Source: Nemertoderma westbladi (taxonomy: Eukaryota > Animalia > Xenacoelomorpha). Taken from it: a stretch of 64,000 bases of DNA. The translations under genes were made by a program, and so were the position numbers. Shown here piece by piece: positions 63,162 through 64,000 of the stretch; the first letter of the stretch is position 1, and each line of letters opens with the position of its first letter. Below the pieces are notes generated by a model that did not search any database, had not been told where the DNA came from, and saw only the letters and a program-made list of their open reading frames with translations. The DNA is taken from assembly GCA_032718475.1 (NCBI GenBank), contig JAUCBJ010008720.1:1-64000 (forward strand), in the 5' to 3' direction.

Positions 63162-64000
63162 CCCTATTAAACCCATGGGGGGGGGGGGGGGGGTGGTCAA
63201 TATAACCACCCCCCCCCCCCCCCCCGTGGTTTTGTTGTTATAATTCTGAAAGAAACGGAGTTGGGAATCTGAAACTGTATGACTTTTCCTAAAAATCTAT
63301 CTAAATCAGAAATGAAATCAGCACCCCTTAAAACCTCCATAGCGATAATGTTAGTTAGTTTGTATTCTTTTTTACGCTTTGACTGACTGACAGATTGAAA
63401 GACCGACGGACTAGATTTTTGTAAACGTGAAACTGGCATCAGAAATGGAATCAGCACCCCTTAACCCTATTAATCCCGGAGGGGGGGAGGGGGTCAAAAT
63501 GACCCTCCCCCGTGTTTTTTTAGTTATAACTCTGAAACAGACGCAGTGAGGAATCTGAAAGTGTATGACTTTTCCTAAAAATCATTGCCTTCCTAATAGT
63601 GAAAACGTTTTCCAAAAATATTGGGAAGTTTTAGAGTTATAGCACGATATTTCAACCCTACTCTTGGCACTTTTTTGAGACGTTATTTGAAAATTACATT
63701 TCATGAAATATGATTTGTAACATCTCTAGTTTCGATTTCTATCATCTCTTTTTTCGTAAATTGATTATTTGAACCTGTTTTTTGCGCAATAGAGTTTTTT
63801 TTGGGGTTCTGGTTTCGATGGAATATTTAAGAGTTGCATCAAAATGGCATCAAAAACCAGGCGCATCAAAATTTTCGGCGCTGTGTGCAAAATTGCACAC
63901 AGTGACAGCACACAACTAACAAAATTTTTGAAAATAAGCAAATTGATCAGTAGATAGTATCATCTTGTTTCTTACGTTATACGGGTTTATGAGGGACCTA
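63162..64000 (+). mobile_element. Two adjacent piggyBac-type (TTAA-CCCT) MITE left ends (63162 and 63465)
   Basis: Both start TTAA|CCCTATTAA and are homologous to each other and to 37605-37896. Confidence 0.7.

Overview
AT-rich animal (invertebrate-type) genomic DNA made almost entirely of nested, decayed transposable elements. The only host gene seen is the first coding exon of an SLC7 (LAT/y+LAT-type) amino-acid transporter light chain (20949-21688, +); no downstream exon was recognised in the remaining 42 kb. There are four BEL/Pao LTR-retrotransposon copies. A (13491-20607, -) and B (24588-35900, -) belong to one family. C2 is a 3' remnant (35900-36953, +). C is full-length (37902-55285, +, TTGAA TSD); its 3' LTR is split by a CR1/L2-group LINE, which in turn hosts a 9-bp-TSD element. 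Also present: three Penelope-like fragments (two with inverted pLTRs and 13-bp TSDs, plus hammerhead ribozyme motifs), RTE and CR1/L2-group LINE 3' ends, several MITEs, and two 9-bp-TSD (MULE/foldback-type) families whose 60-bp and 84-bp tandem arrays are homologous. The most notable observation is an extra, decayed ORF between pol and the 3' LTR of element C, whose N-terminal half has the motif order of a WRN/RNase D-type DEDDy 3'-5' exonuclease; it is followed by a conserved, covarying structured 3' region. All calls come from reading the sequence by eye; no database searches were run.
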